Positions 1 to 11,901 of a DNA stretch of 64,000 nt are shown piece after piece. The DNA is taken from assembly GCA_023334545.1 (NCBI GenBank), contig JAADVB010000030.1, positions 1 through 64,000 on the forward strand, written 5' to 3'. A program made the translations under genes and the position numbers. The stretch comes from Salisapilia sapeloensis CBS 127946. Its lineage: Eukaryota > Protista > Oomycota. Under the pieces are notes generated by a model that saw only the letters and a list, made by a program, of their open reading frames with translations, was not told the DNA's origin and did no database searches. Within the stretch, counting starts at the first letter, position 1, and each line of letters begins with the position of its first letter.

Positions 1-623
1 AATACGCGGAATATAAAACTAATATCGAGGCTATTCTAGATATACTACAATGCTTGGCTGCTTTTTAAAAGATTAACATTTGTTTTGGTAGCTTCTGGAC
101 TGTCATAGTCGACAAATATTCCTCACAATAAAGCTGTATGAAGTACATCCATGTTATCAAAGATACGGTAATCTTGAGAGGATCCAAAGAGCTTTGGGAC
201 GCGTTATCTGACACAAAGACCACGAATTTTGTAGCGTGTAGATCCTTTCCTAAAATAAGCTGCGAAGAGAAGTTGACCAAACGGTTCATAAGAAGGAGGC
301 GCTCTAGTTAATCGCATATTTAAAACGATTGTGCTGTTTGCAGATGTCAGACAGTCGAGCTTAGTTGCATTGCAGAGACTTCACAATATGCATCGTGGAG
401 CGATCTAAGCATGTTTTATGAGAAGTGAAAAAGCCCCACAATAATGCATCTTAACGCACTTGCCATGTGAGAATGATATAAAGTAATTTTAGACGCATGT
501 ACCAGTGGGTACGAAAGATGTTAGTTGTATTTAACGATCGTTTCATGACGCCAACTTTGAGAATATTCTTCCAGACAAATCAACCAAAGTCATCAACACG
601 CAACACCTCTAAAGCTCAGCTAT

Positions 624-2363
624 ATGCAGAGTTCTACGCGAGCACATGAAATGCCCACGAACTTGGGGAGTATGAATAGAGTTTGGAGACACTTTCAAGT
701 ATCTCACAAAGGCGTTCACTCCGTGGAAGCTTTGCGAGCGTTCCAAGTATACTCTAAAGAGCCATGGATAAAGAGCCTTGGTCTTCTTATCGTATTACCG
801 CTACCTGCATTAGTATTCTTAATTGGTCTGGAACTTATTCCCTTAGCATCTCCGAGCGCAGGGTGGGAGGCTAATTATATGTTTTTCGTTCGATCTTCTG
901 GATTCCAATTAATAGCTACAATTACCTGCAGCTATCAACTCCTTCAATCACACCTAAAAGCTTCAATGTCTACACCTCTTCTTATTTTGTCATCTGTCAT
1001 TATTACAATGGTGGAGACCGGAGTACTTGTGCTATGTGGGGAGAGATTGATGTTTCCAGTTCCCTTTTGTCTCTTGGTAATAGTATTTATCGGAGTGCCA
1101 GCTATTGGCATAGTAGTTCTATTCACCTTTGACAAGCAACGCTTGTCAGATCTAACGGTATATCAAACATTGGTACTTACCTTGAAGCTGTTGCTAGCCC
1201 AAGCTTCGATGTTGGTTGTTTATCCAGCTTTCTCTGCTATCTTTTTCAGGCTCCGAGGTACACAGCAAGCCGCATTCGTACTCGTACTTCCGGTCATCAA
1301 GGTGCTCATGAAGAACTTCATCGCAAACCTACTTATATCCATGCCAAAAGATATTATACACACCACAGTTTACTGCGTGGAACTCTTTAACGCTTTTTAT
1401 GTCTCAACGTGCATGCAGACTGCAGTGTCTTCATGGTCTACTATAATCCTTATATCGTACGATGCGCTTAACTCCGTTTGGTCGCTTTATTCCATTCAAA
1501 GAGCGTCTAAACAAGTATGCGAGATGCAACACAGGTTAAAGCGTCATAACCGCGAGGACCTTCTCTCCACAGTGCTTCGAGATCTTCCAACTCAACTTGT
1601 ATCATCAGATAATAGTCAAGTCGGGACACGAAAGAAAGAGACACAAGACTACAAGAAAAACATGGTAGCTCCGGACACTGTAAAGAAAGAATCGAACACG
1701 AGAGCATCAAGCAAGCCTAAATTAGCCACTTTTCATCCTTCTCAGAAGCAAACCACGATTTCTCCATTGTCTCCAACACCAAGTATGGTCAGTAATGTCA
1801 AAACTCATGACATTCCGAATAGTGACAGCAGAAAGGTAACGAGCACAACTCAAGTGGAAACTTTCGAAGAAAACAAACGCTTACTCTTACAACAAACACA
1901 GTCTCTGCTCTTCCGATGCGAATACTTGGCATCGCTCGAATATGTAGAGTTCATGGTGCCTTTCATCTACATCATCTACATGTCGGTTCTGTTCTATCTA
2001 CCGAACGCCAAATACCATTCCAACTTTCGATACTTGACCGAAGATGCGCTCTACAGTTCCATCAGCAGCATAGCTCTGTACGGCGGTCTTGAGCTTCTTT
2101 CATTTATAGTACTCGTCTCTTATATTCGATGGAAATTTGGATTTAGTCCGGTCAAACTGCTCGGCTTTACGATTGAAACCGAAGGCTTTATCATCGTTGC
2201 TAGAATTGTTTTGTTTCTCTTACTCGTGGCACAATATCCATATCCTCACTACGGTATATCCATTCGCTGTATCAAGATTTCCAGTTGTAACGTAGACACT
2301 GACTTGTAAATTGGAATAGGTATGGATCCGACATTCCAGTTTGACTACTCTGATTATCCATAA
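624..2363 (+). CDS. Multi-pass transmembrane protein of an oomycete-type expanded family (2 exons; intron 2254-2319)
   Basis: 561-aa ORF with many hydrophobic helices, a Ser/Thr/Lys-rich loop and the motif LFRCEYLASLEYVEFMVPFIY. Splicing GT(2254)..AG(2319) gives the C-terminus HYG-MDPTFQFDYSDYP*, resembling the YHYGMDFTF ending I recall for this family. Confidence 0.75.
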
Positions 2364-2682
2364 TGATGGTCAGGACTACCAACTAGTAATTTGCGAAGTA
2401 AAAAAGGTGTTTTAATAGAGAGAGTCTAAGTTTGCAGATCACGCACAAGTTATCAGTGGTCTACGCCCATAATTATCTTTGTTCTCCTGCAGGATTATAG
2501 CACAAAAATATAAGAATCGGACGACTAAAGCGTCAGTGCGCAAGATATGAACTTACAAGACGATTTTTGACAGCTGTGTTACTCCCTAGTAGTCAATAGA
2601 TAAGACTACTTCGGCAAGATAAAAGATAATTTTCGGTCGAGCAGAGCAATTTAGACCACACTTGGAACGCTTTCTGGTTCAT

Positions 2683-5163
2683 TTATTCGAAAGGTTGTTG
2701 CCATTGCTGTCTCATGGTCTTTGGATGATAGTAGTAGTGCTCACCTATAAACATCCTTATGCTAAGTAATAGCTTGAGTAGTTTCATAAAGACCTTACCA
2801 AGTGTCGAATCTAGTATAATTATCCAGTCGTCCGAGTACTCCAAGTCTCCTTTTCCGAGTCCGTAAGGCTTCCTCTTGGATGAAGTTTGTGTTGGAGTGT
2901 GAAAGTAAATAGACTCATGATCTGTTGCATCAAACTGTCGTACGTATTCCTGTCGAACCTTTTGCTGAAGCAACTTCCGAGCAGCGAACATGCGATAGAC
3001 AGATTGGATTCGCAGAGCACTCTCTCTTCGCTTTTGCTGCTCCTCAATGTTTTCCTTTATCTGATGGAAATTTTAGTGAGCTAAACATCAACTACGGCAC
3101 GTAAAGAGATTACCATTCGTTTCTCATCCTGCTTTTCCTGGATTTCCATCCATTCTTTTTCCAAAGCTGTCCATTCGTCTTGCGCCTACGTCGGATGAAC
3201 GTCAAGTGTAAGTTGCTCATTAAGATGATTGCAGACAATGTGAAGCTTACCTTTGCATCCACGAGAGCTAGCTCATCATCTATCACCTCCAAACGAGCTC
3301 GTTCTTGAATGTCTTCGCTTTGCAGGTGGACACCAGACTTTCGATAACGCGTCTTTAGTTCCGCTTTACGCTGCTTTAGTTGGCGATAGAGCTGGACAAA
3401 TTGCTGTCGGTATTCGCTAGTTGGTTCCTCTTCCATCGACAAGAGCTGTGAGACAACCGACTTTCGATTCTCCCTTGCTACTGCTGTGCGTGATTCCCAT
3501 TGCTGCTTAAGCTCATCGTACGACTGAGACTTTTGCCTTCGTAACTTTTCTAGACGTTTCTCTTTGGAACGTTGAAAGTATTCCCATTGCCTCTGGCACT
3601 TTGCTCTTAGAGCTTTCTTCTTTTCCAGCTCCTCCAGAGCCTTCTTTTTCTTCTCAGCTTCATACTCTGCTCGTCGCTTCTGGTACCACATACTAACCTC
3701 ATACCGATGACGTTCAGCTTTTAATCTACTAGCCTCTGCATTTCTTTCCATCTCTATCTCAATACGTTTTCGTTCAGCTGCCTCTTGCGCCTCGATCTGG
3801 AGTTTCTTATTTATCCGACATAAACGCATCCATCGCTGTAGTCGTCGAGCCATATCGCCTTCGATCTGTAACCAAAATGCTTGTTTCTCCGCTCTTATTA
3901 TCTTCATCTCTCTGTCATAGTATTCCAACAAGCGCTCCTTGGTCTTCTTTCTACCAAGACGACCACGATACATACGCTACGGAATCTTTCAAATAGTACC
4001 AGACTATCAGGATAAATGTAGCGAGTTACCATACCTGGATAGTGATGGCTCGAAGGTTTTTGCGGCGCATAGTTCTCATGAACGAGATAAAGAACGACCG
4101 GTCTCGAAATGTTCGTTGTACTGAAATTACAGCTCGTAAAGCTTTCCAACGATTATCGGCCTCCATTCTGCCTCTGTATCCTCGGTAAACTCGCTGTATC
4201 TCAACTACGGCAAGACTAGTCATTGTGAAAGCCTTCACAGTCGTAAACGCCCGATGGAGATGAACCCGCGACAAGTTTCTATCAGCTCGCTCCATCTTCA
4301 CTCGGATCTTCTTGCGAAATTTAGCGTTGTCTCGCCATCTTACAAAGCAGAAAGCTTCCAGTCGTTTATTATTCGAGCCCATGAGGCGCATAATCGCTCG
4401 TCGAACATGCGCCTTCTGCCTTTTGGCAACCGCAAACTCTCGATAGACTGGAGCTGCCATCTCTTCTAGCACCAAGGTATGTCGTGCAGCCTTGTGAAGC
4501 AGTGCTGCTAAGGGAGGTCTGGAAAGAAGGTGAAGCAACGTATCATATGTAATACGAGGCTTGGCTAGAAGAGTCTCGGTATCCGCTTTCCGTATCTACA
4601 TGAACTAGCTACGTGACTTGAATTATCATTACAAAAGGTATATACTAGGCTACTCTGTCGCGAATGAACAAGTCGGCAAGTCCAGATCCCGAGAGCAATC
4701 CTAACAATTGGACAGCATCTGAAGAAGCGATCGTCGATTTTTTCGACACCTCCGAGACAGAAGAGGAAGCTAAGACGCAGAAACACCATCGAATGTACTT
4801 TTTCATTCCGTCCAAAGGCTCCTCCAGACTTCTACTCTATCCATGTTGTAAGGACGTTCCTAGTTCATTAGGTCCAAAAGAGGTAGCAACATACCTCAAC
4901 ATGCATAGCAAGAAGCGCCAATGGACCATCAACGTTCCATCTGGACTTCGCTCTAGACAACATTGCAGTCGTTCCAACTGCCGCCAGAGTCTCGACACGT
5001 CCTTCTTATCAGCATCACAACTCGACTTCTCAAAGACTCGTCGACAGACACCAACAAACCGAGCTTTTGACACGACATCCAGTGGAAACGCACGTGCAAA
5101 GTTCTCCAACAAGGCTCGATCATCTCCAGCAAGTCGTACTCGAGCGAAACAAGGTCTCGACAT
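2683..5163 (-). CDS. Multi-exon IQ-motif/coiled-coil protein with WW-like C-terminus
   Basis: ORFs 4837-5169, 4026-4538, 3110-3973 and 2683-2991 can be joined through GT-AG introns. IQ motifs: EIQRVYRGYRGR, SVQRTFRDR, RLQRWMR. The middle is charged coiled coil, and the C-terminus YYYHPKTMRQQWQQP is WW-like. Confidence 0.65.
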
Positions 5164-5488
5164 GGCCACATGCTATTCCCATCTACATTAAGATCTACCA
5201 CTACACTATAAACGTAACTAGTTCTCACAAGACGCATCAATTCTGTCCATTTATCAGTATATCGCTTATCCGGCATCGTCTCTCGCCACTTGCGCCAGTC
5301 CACCTTCCATTCCACATGACCTTCCTCCATCTCGAATTCGTACAAGTCTACCAAAACGACAGTCGCATGAAACGGCAAGTATAAACTTGGCAAAGGCATG
5401 AAACGTGGGGTATATTGGATCCTATGATAAAAAGGGAAGTGGAAAATGTTAAAAATGCACACCCCAAGTCTAGCGCATCGACACACCT

Positions 5489-6568
5489 TCACAACACGGC
5501 TTCCATCTCTGTACCGTCATGCGTGGTGGGTGTGTCAGCAACAAACGAAGTGGCATCGTCCGTCGCATCTGCACCAGAGTGTGCACGTATCTGCTGACTC
5601 AGCTCCTTCTGCAGCTGATCTCCGAGCTGTGCAGCGGCCGATGCCACGGTCGACGCCTCCACACCGTCGACAACTTTCTCATCCATCGGCTTCATGTCAT
5701 GCATCTCGAACGCATCTGCCTCACCTTCCGGAGCAGCCCGGTCGTTCTTACACGTACGCCGATTATGTCCAATCCGACCGCAATTGCCGCACATCTTCCG
5801 GACAGTCCGTTTATTCGACATACTGCCGTCCGTATTCTCGCGCGGAACATACATCTCCGTCTCGGGTAAATCTACTGGCGCATTTGTACAAGTCCGTCGG
5901 TTGTGGCCCATCTGACGGCAGTTCCGACAGATACGACGACGCTGGGAGCTCGGCGGTGGAGACAGTCCTTCCACTGCGATCGTATCCTTAACCTTGTGTG
6001 CTGTCGAGTACGGCAGCTGAACGCCGTACTCTGTCTCGATGTACGCCTGAATGTCCTTGGCCGAAATGTCCGCTGTCTCGAACGGTGCTAAGCGGATCTT
6101 CTCTACGAGCCATCGATGATTCGTCTGGGACGACCGCTGCACCTGACTCGATCTCTGGCTCCGATCACACGTATGCCCGAGATGCAAAGTCGTTACGTGG
6201 ACACTACCACTCGCAGACGTGATCGCTCGGAGGTGGAAAGCACATCGAGGAGCAGCCGTGGGTTCTATGGCAATTGGCCGTTCTGAGGCCGTTTCATCCT
6301 TAATGAACGCATCCTTCTCGACTGTATCAGGTACTTCAGCCTCTGGTATGTCTGGTTTCTCGACCGTCGGCGTCGGCTCGACAGGTCGTGCAGCAGGTTT
6401 CGAAGGTTTATCGGAAGCGCATTTCAGAATAATTCGTTTGCTATCACGCTTGGAGATTCGAAAGCTAAAGCCAGACAAGGCCGCAATATCTCGCATCGTA
6501 TGCAACAAGTCTTCAAAGGAGGGAAAGACGTCGCCCGTCTTGAGCGAAGGCGCCTCCTGCATCGCCAT
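5489..6568 (-). CDS. MULE/MuDR-transposase-derived DNA-binding protein with two CCHC zinc knuckles and no DDE domain
   Basis: KTGDVFPSFEDLLHTMRDIAALSGFSFRISKRDSKRIILKC, CAFHLRA...HTC and ISAKDIQAYIETEYGVQLPYSTAHKVK match MULE N-terminal regions. Knuckles are CRNCRQMGHNRRTC and CGNCGRIGHNRRTC. First in-frame ATG is at 6568. Confidence 0.7.
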   Translation of the reverse strand: MAMQEAPSLKTGDVFPSFEDLLHTMRDIAALSGFSFRISKRDSKRIILKCASDKPSKPAARPVEPTPTVEKPDIPEAEVPDTVEKDAFIKDETASERPIAIEPTAAPRCAFHLRAITSASGSVHVTTLHLGHTCDRSQRSSQVQRSSQTNHRWLVEKIRLAPFETADISAKDIQAYIETEYGVQLPYSTAHKVKDTIAVEGLSPPPSSQRRRICRNCRQMGHNRRTCTNAPVDLPETEMYVPRENTDGSMSNKRTVRKMCGNCGRIGHNRRTCKNDRAAPEGEADAFEMHDMKPMDEKVVDGVEASTVASAAAQLGDQLQKELSQQIRAHSGADATDDATSFVADTPTTHDGTEMEAVL

Positions 6569-6992
6569 GGCTTTCACGTGTGGAAGCAGTGTTTCTCGGA
6601 CGCTATTTTCAGCCAATCCATGCGTTCCATTTATAATTACAGCCAACCACATATAGTTTTATCTTTGAATAATCGATCGAGCGATGCCAAATACTTGATT
6701 CCATCCAATCTTCCGTTCTTTGCTTTATAAGCCCATGCCTGCATGCATGTAGTGGATCGGTGTCGCTACTACCTTTGTCGTGAAAAAAATACGACCTATT
6801 AAGGCGGTACAATGATGGTACAGTGGTCCATTTCAAATGACTGGCGTTCAGTATGGAGAAGCGGCAAAAGCGGACAGTTAGCGCGAACTTAAATTCGTGA
6901 GTGCGTTCCCTCCCTAGACGCCTTGGTACGGATCTGCCAGTGGCCGTGCGAGCCCATCGACGTAACTAGCACTTAAGAATATAAAGAACGCA

Positions 6993-9288
6993 ATGGTATA
7001 GTTGTCTCGTTATCGTATGCTGCGGTAGGTAGCACTTTCACCGTCCTTATTGATCGTGCTACTCCGTTTATGCGTGCGTGCGCTCTTTGAAGACAGTCCA
7101 CTTACTAACGTCCTGTCGATGACGTCCTGTTAATATAGGCGCCCGTTCTAAAGCGATACACGGCACGCTATCAACTCGGCACTCGCGTGAAGAAGAGATT
7201 TGAAGGCTATGACGAGCTCTTCGGTGGAACCATCGATGAGCATTCGACCGTCACAGGCTTCTACCACATCTCATACGACGATGGTGACAGTGAAGAGATG
7301 ATCGAGGATGAAGTAGAGGAAGTCGTCGACCGTCCGGCTCCTCGAGACACCGAGGCCAAAGGCTCACAAGACAGTACCCCCAGTGGTCGTATTCTCGAGG
7401 TCAGCACGCATGCGTCAGACCTAGAGCCACCAGTCGAACGACCAGCCACGCCTCCACCTGGCACACAATTTCTTCATCGGCCCGTGAAAATACCTTTAAA
7501 GAAGGGTGAACAGGAAGAAATATTTGATGGGACGATCACGAGCTACTTTCACGCGACGAAAAAATACCGGATCCTCCTCGTGAGTGGCATGACAGTCGAC
7601 ATGTCGTACGCAGAGGTGAAGCCTTTTGTCTCATCCGGCGAAAAACCACCAATTGTCATCGACGCATCGACGCCGAGTACGAAGGAGAAAGATAAAAGCA
7701 GTAGGAAGAAAAAAGAGAGCGTAGCTAGTCCTGGAACGAATAGTAAAGACAAGGCAGGAGTCAAGCGATCGAGACAGGTTGATGCCCCCGCAAGTGCTCA
7801 GTCTCCAGTCGAGTCAGCGCCTGTCACGAAACAAACGGAAGGCAAGATAGATATGACGCAAGCTTCTAAAAAGCAGAAGAAGGAGGGTGGGCGATCACCT
7901 CGGGACACACCCACGTCGCCCAAGGTGATCCACGAGGAGAAAGAGACGGAGGAAGTGGATCCTTCTTTCCCAGCCGTCTTGTCCGTTCTCCCGGACAATA
8001 TCTCCTCTCAGCACGTCGCATATACTGTCCTCCGCAGCCTCCTGTACATCATTATCAGTAGTCAGATGGAAGACCCTTCTGAAGACGAAAGCAGGCACTT
8101 TAAAGTCCTCGGCAACGAAGCCTTTTCGGTACAGACACCAGCACTTTCATGTCATCTTCTGTACTCTAATACGATATTTATAGGCAGAGAAAGCGATTCG
8201 GAAGTTTATTAGGACAGGAGGACTCTCGACATTATGTACGATACTATCGAAATGGACAGAGGAGCGAAGCGAGAAGGGTATCTTTCTCATACTCAAAGTA
8301 CATATCTCTATCTTGTTTTCTATCTGCACCAGAAGTCTTACATCTCGCCTAGGTCTTGGCTGTCCTTCCAAACGTCTCGAGTGACATGATCGCTGCAAGT
8401 AGAATAGGTAAAGCCGTAGTGAAAGTTAAAAAGCGAGATAAGGGACGATTAAGTCTTGATGTCGGCAACTTTGCTGCCTACGTCATCGATAAATGGAAGA
8501 GTGACTTTGGTATGAAGCCAAAGTCTCCAAAAGAAGATGAGAAACCTCCATCGAAGCTTCCTACTAAAGAGACCAAACCAAAGGAAAAGGCAAGTGGTAC
8601 AACATCTACACGTCCTTCAAATAACATGAAGAGGTCCTTGGCCTCCAAGTCGCAAAAGCATCTAGAGAACCTCATGGGTGACTCCAATGGCCAGCAAGAT
8701 GTTCTCGGCTCTGCACTTGGTGTCAAGAAGAGCTACCTCGGTGCATCCCACGCTCGTGTCGCTCGACGGTCGACGCAGCTCTTGGATAGCATCGACAAGA
8801 TGTCGACGAAGAAAGCATCCGAGGAAGCTGCGCAAGCCAAGGTCACGGCGGAAGAAGACTTGGCGCACGCGTCGACACGCATTTCGTTCGGACCGGATAA
8901 AGCCATCCGCTTCGACCAGCGACTCGAAGTGTCGAGACTCTTGTCTACAAACCTCGCGCCTCGACCACCGTCGCTACCGTACACTGGCAAGATCAAGTCG
9001 ATTCTCAAGGTGAGGACGAATGTCCAGCGGGAGGACGCGACGGTCCCGATGACGCCACGAGTTATCGGAGATGACGGCACGATGGAAAGCACTGGCGAGT
9101 TTGAAGGCCTTGCATCTGTCGAATCAGCCTCTGAGACTGTCCTGGCGAAACCTACAGACGCACAGGACAGTACGTCCAGAAGGAGGAGGCGAGGTACCGA
9201 CAATGGAGGAACCAAAGACGTTGGAGTCGATTTCGGTCTCAGTTCGTGCGGATCCATCGACGACCGAGAAGTTCGAGTCGATGTCTAG
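6993..9288 (+). CDS. Nuclear protein with Tudor-like domains and a TFIIS N-terminal-like domain (multi-exon)
   Basis: Exon from 7139 reads RYQLGTRVKKRFEGYDELFGGTI...YHISYDDGDSEE (Tudor-like), with a second Tudor-like segment IFDGTITSYFHATKKYRI. LPNVSSDMIAASRIGKAVVKVKK...YVIDKWK is TFIIS-N-like. The ATG at 6993 followed by intron 6996-7138 is inferred. Confidence 0.65.
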
Positions 9289-9455
9289 TACGACGAAGGA
9301 ATTAGAGGCTCAGACATCTCTTACGACCGCTCCTGTAGAATGAAGGGAGGTACATGTGTGTTGATGCGTCGATCTAGACGAAAGAAAAACAATTTTTAAT
9401 CACTTTCTTTTATAAATTAAATTCCATCTCTCGTCCTCTCGACCTCGAAGAAGAC

Positions 9456-11482
9456 ATGTTCAAGCAATTCTATTCCGTTGCAACTGGTGCAAGTGATACG
9501 AAAGACGAAAGCATTTCACCTGCACCTACGGACTCCTCCTCCACACAAAGTCCATCACCAGCAATGATGAACATCCAGACGTCAGGGGAAGAAGAGAAGA
9601 AGGAGGAGACGCCAGACTCTCCTCCTACTGCTGCTCAAGCTACGGAGCAAACTCCAGCGCAAGGATACTTCTCCTCCTCCCTCCTATCAGATCGTAGGTG
9701 GAATGCAGAGTCCATGTCTGCAGCAGCATCCTTTGCTAGCTCTAGCATGCGTGGCTTCATGCGCAAGGCGCAGAGCGCTGCGAGCGTCGCGGCGCGAGAA
9801 GGAGCCGCGAAAGCCTCGACGTGGAAGGCGAAGGCTGTAGACGTCGCGGACATGGACTCCCTTCAGCGTCGACTGAGCCAAGCTTTGGATCGATCCACTG
9901 GTGAGGTCGACATCGAGCTCCTGAACTTTGCCTATATCACCGATAGTCTCGTGGCCATGGGCTTTCCGAGCATGAACCAAGGCACAAACCGCTCTCTCCT
10001 TCGTGATAACCCCATCGATCTCGTCTCTACGTACATGAACTCAAAGCATTCGGGACACTACATGATCTATAACTTGAGTGAAGAAACGTACGACTACGCG
10101 TACTTTGACAACCAAGTGCTTGAATTCAATTTCCCAGGCCATCCGGCACCTCCCCTCGGTCTCATGTTCAAGATCTGTTCATCTATGGAGAATTGGCTCC
10201 TAGCAGACGACAAGAACCTCGCGGCCGTCCACTGTCTTACGGGCAAAGGACGCACAGGTACGGTCATTGCATGCTACTTGGCCTGGACTGGACAGTGTCC
10301 AAACGCCTTGGCAGGTCTCGAGTTTGTCGCTGAACAGCGTCAGAGCACTGTCGAGAAGCTAACGATCCCATCCCAACGACGCTACATCGAGTACTTTGAC
10401 AATGTCATGGATGGCGTCAAGCCTCGATCGTCTCCACTACTCCTTCGTCGTGTCATTATCAACTCCATCCCGGTCTTTGGCAAACGCAAGGTCCTTTCGA
10501 GACCTCATGCACTAGATGAAGAAGAGAAGGAAGAAGTAGAGGAGGAAGGATGCTGTCCGTACTTGCAGGTATTCAAAGGCGGCAATCTGGTCTTCACGAC
10601 TACGTGGAAGGACGTCGAGTCCGGGACGGGTGTCCAATGGGCCAGTCGCGCCGATGGATCCGTGTCGTTCAGCATCAACGCGCTTCTCCAAGGCGACGTC
10701 CTCGTCCGCTGCCGCCATCTGACCGAAGCGGGGCAACGCGTTTCCATGTTCCGCGCTGCCTTCCACACCGGATACATTCCCCAAGGCATCCTACGGTAAC
10801 CTCACGACCTCCTACGTACCCTACAGACGACTAATCTCATTTTAGACTAACGAAACAGCAGCTGGACGGCGCATGCGGCGACAAGCGTTTCGACAGTGAC
10901 TTTTTCATCGATCTTATCTTTGGCGAAGTCCAGTCGGATGGAGATGAAGACACTTGCACGCCACATGGTGAAGGTCTGGAACTTGCGCAGGAAGATCGGA
11001 AGGCATATGAAGACATGCTGCATCGAGATGAAGAGTTCTGGGCAGACATTGAGTCTCGAAAGGAACGCGTCAAGGAGAAACGAGTGGAAGAGAATAAGAA
11101 ACGAGAAGCAGCAAAAGTCGAGTCACCGAAACAGACGAACAAGTCGCCTGTGTCCTTTAGTATCGACGGAGATGCAAAGGAAGTGAAGACGAGTCGGAAG
11201 GATAGCTGGGATGAAGAAAAAGACAAGGCGCTCATGAGTGAACTTGAATCGATTACGTCTCCAGCGAAAAAGACAGAGGTAGCTCCTGATACTTCGACAC
11301 CTGATGATGGATTGGATATGGACAAACTAGAAAAGGAACTGGGATTGGAAGGGGACTTGGATGCGCTGGAAGGTTTAGCCGGCAAGGAAGGCGAATCAGA
11401 TGATCTGATGAACTTTGAAGCAGAGGACTTTGATGAACTCGAAGAGTACTTGACAGGGCTATCCAAGTCGTCAGGTCAGTAG
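9456..11482 (+). CDS. PTEN/tensin-type phosphatase plus C2 domain protein (2 exons; intron 10796-10845)
   Basis: LNFAYITDSLVAMGFP, YMIYNLSEETYD, FPGHPAPPL and CX5R loop HCLTGKGRTG. C2 motifs MFRAAFHTGYI and LTKQQLDGACGDKRF...FFIDLIF after splicing. Acidic tail. Confidence 0.9.
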
Positions 11483-11901
11483 CCGATGCGGGTCGATTGC
11501 CCTTTATGAACCTTGAATATAGTTTGCTTCCTATAAACAACCTAGAGTCAAGTGATGTCTATTTTCTAGACACATGTCCAAAATAAAACTTGTATCCGTA
11601 GAGCTCCCGGACAAGAGGCGAGGAACTCCGCGTGTGCTTCTTATATCCCACCTGTGTACGTCTAGTGTATGCTAGTAGGATATACCATACCTGCCTTCTT
11701 AAGTTAGTTGTATAAAGGTGAGAGAAGTACCAATTCTCAAGTGTCTGCTATCCAGACGCACGTCCGACCTCACGGGCATCGGTAGGCACGATTAATAAGC
11801 GATCTAGTACCTCTGTTGCGTCACTACGGTCTTCCTTCATCCTCTCCTAGCGTCCCTTGTATCCAGTCTCCATACCTATTGTACTGTAAGAGCCGTCGAG
11901 C

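Noticed and set aside
65-289. 74-aa minus-strand ORF
   Set aside because: AT-rich upstream region of gene 1, with no motif or splice support.
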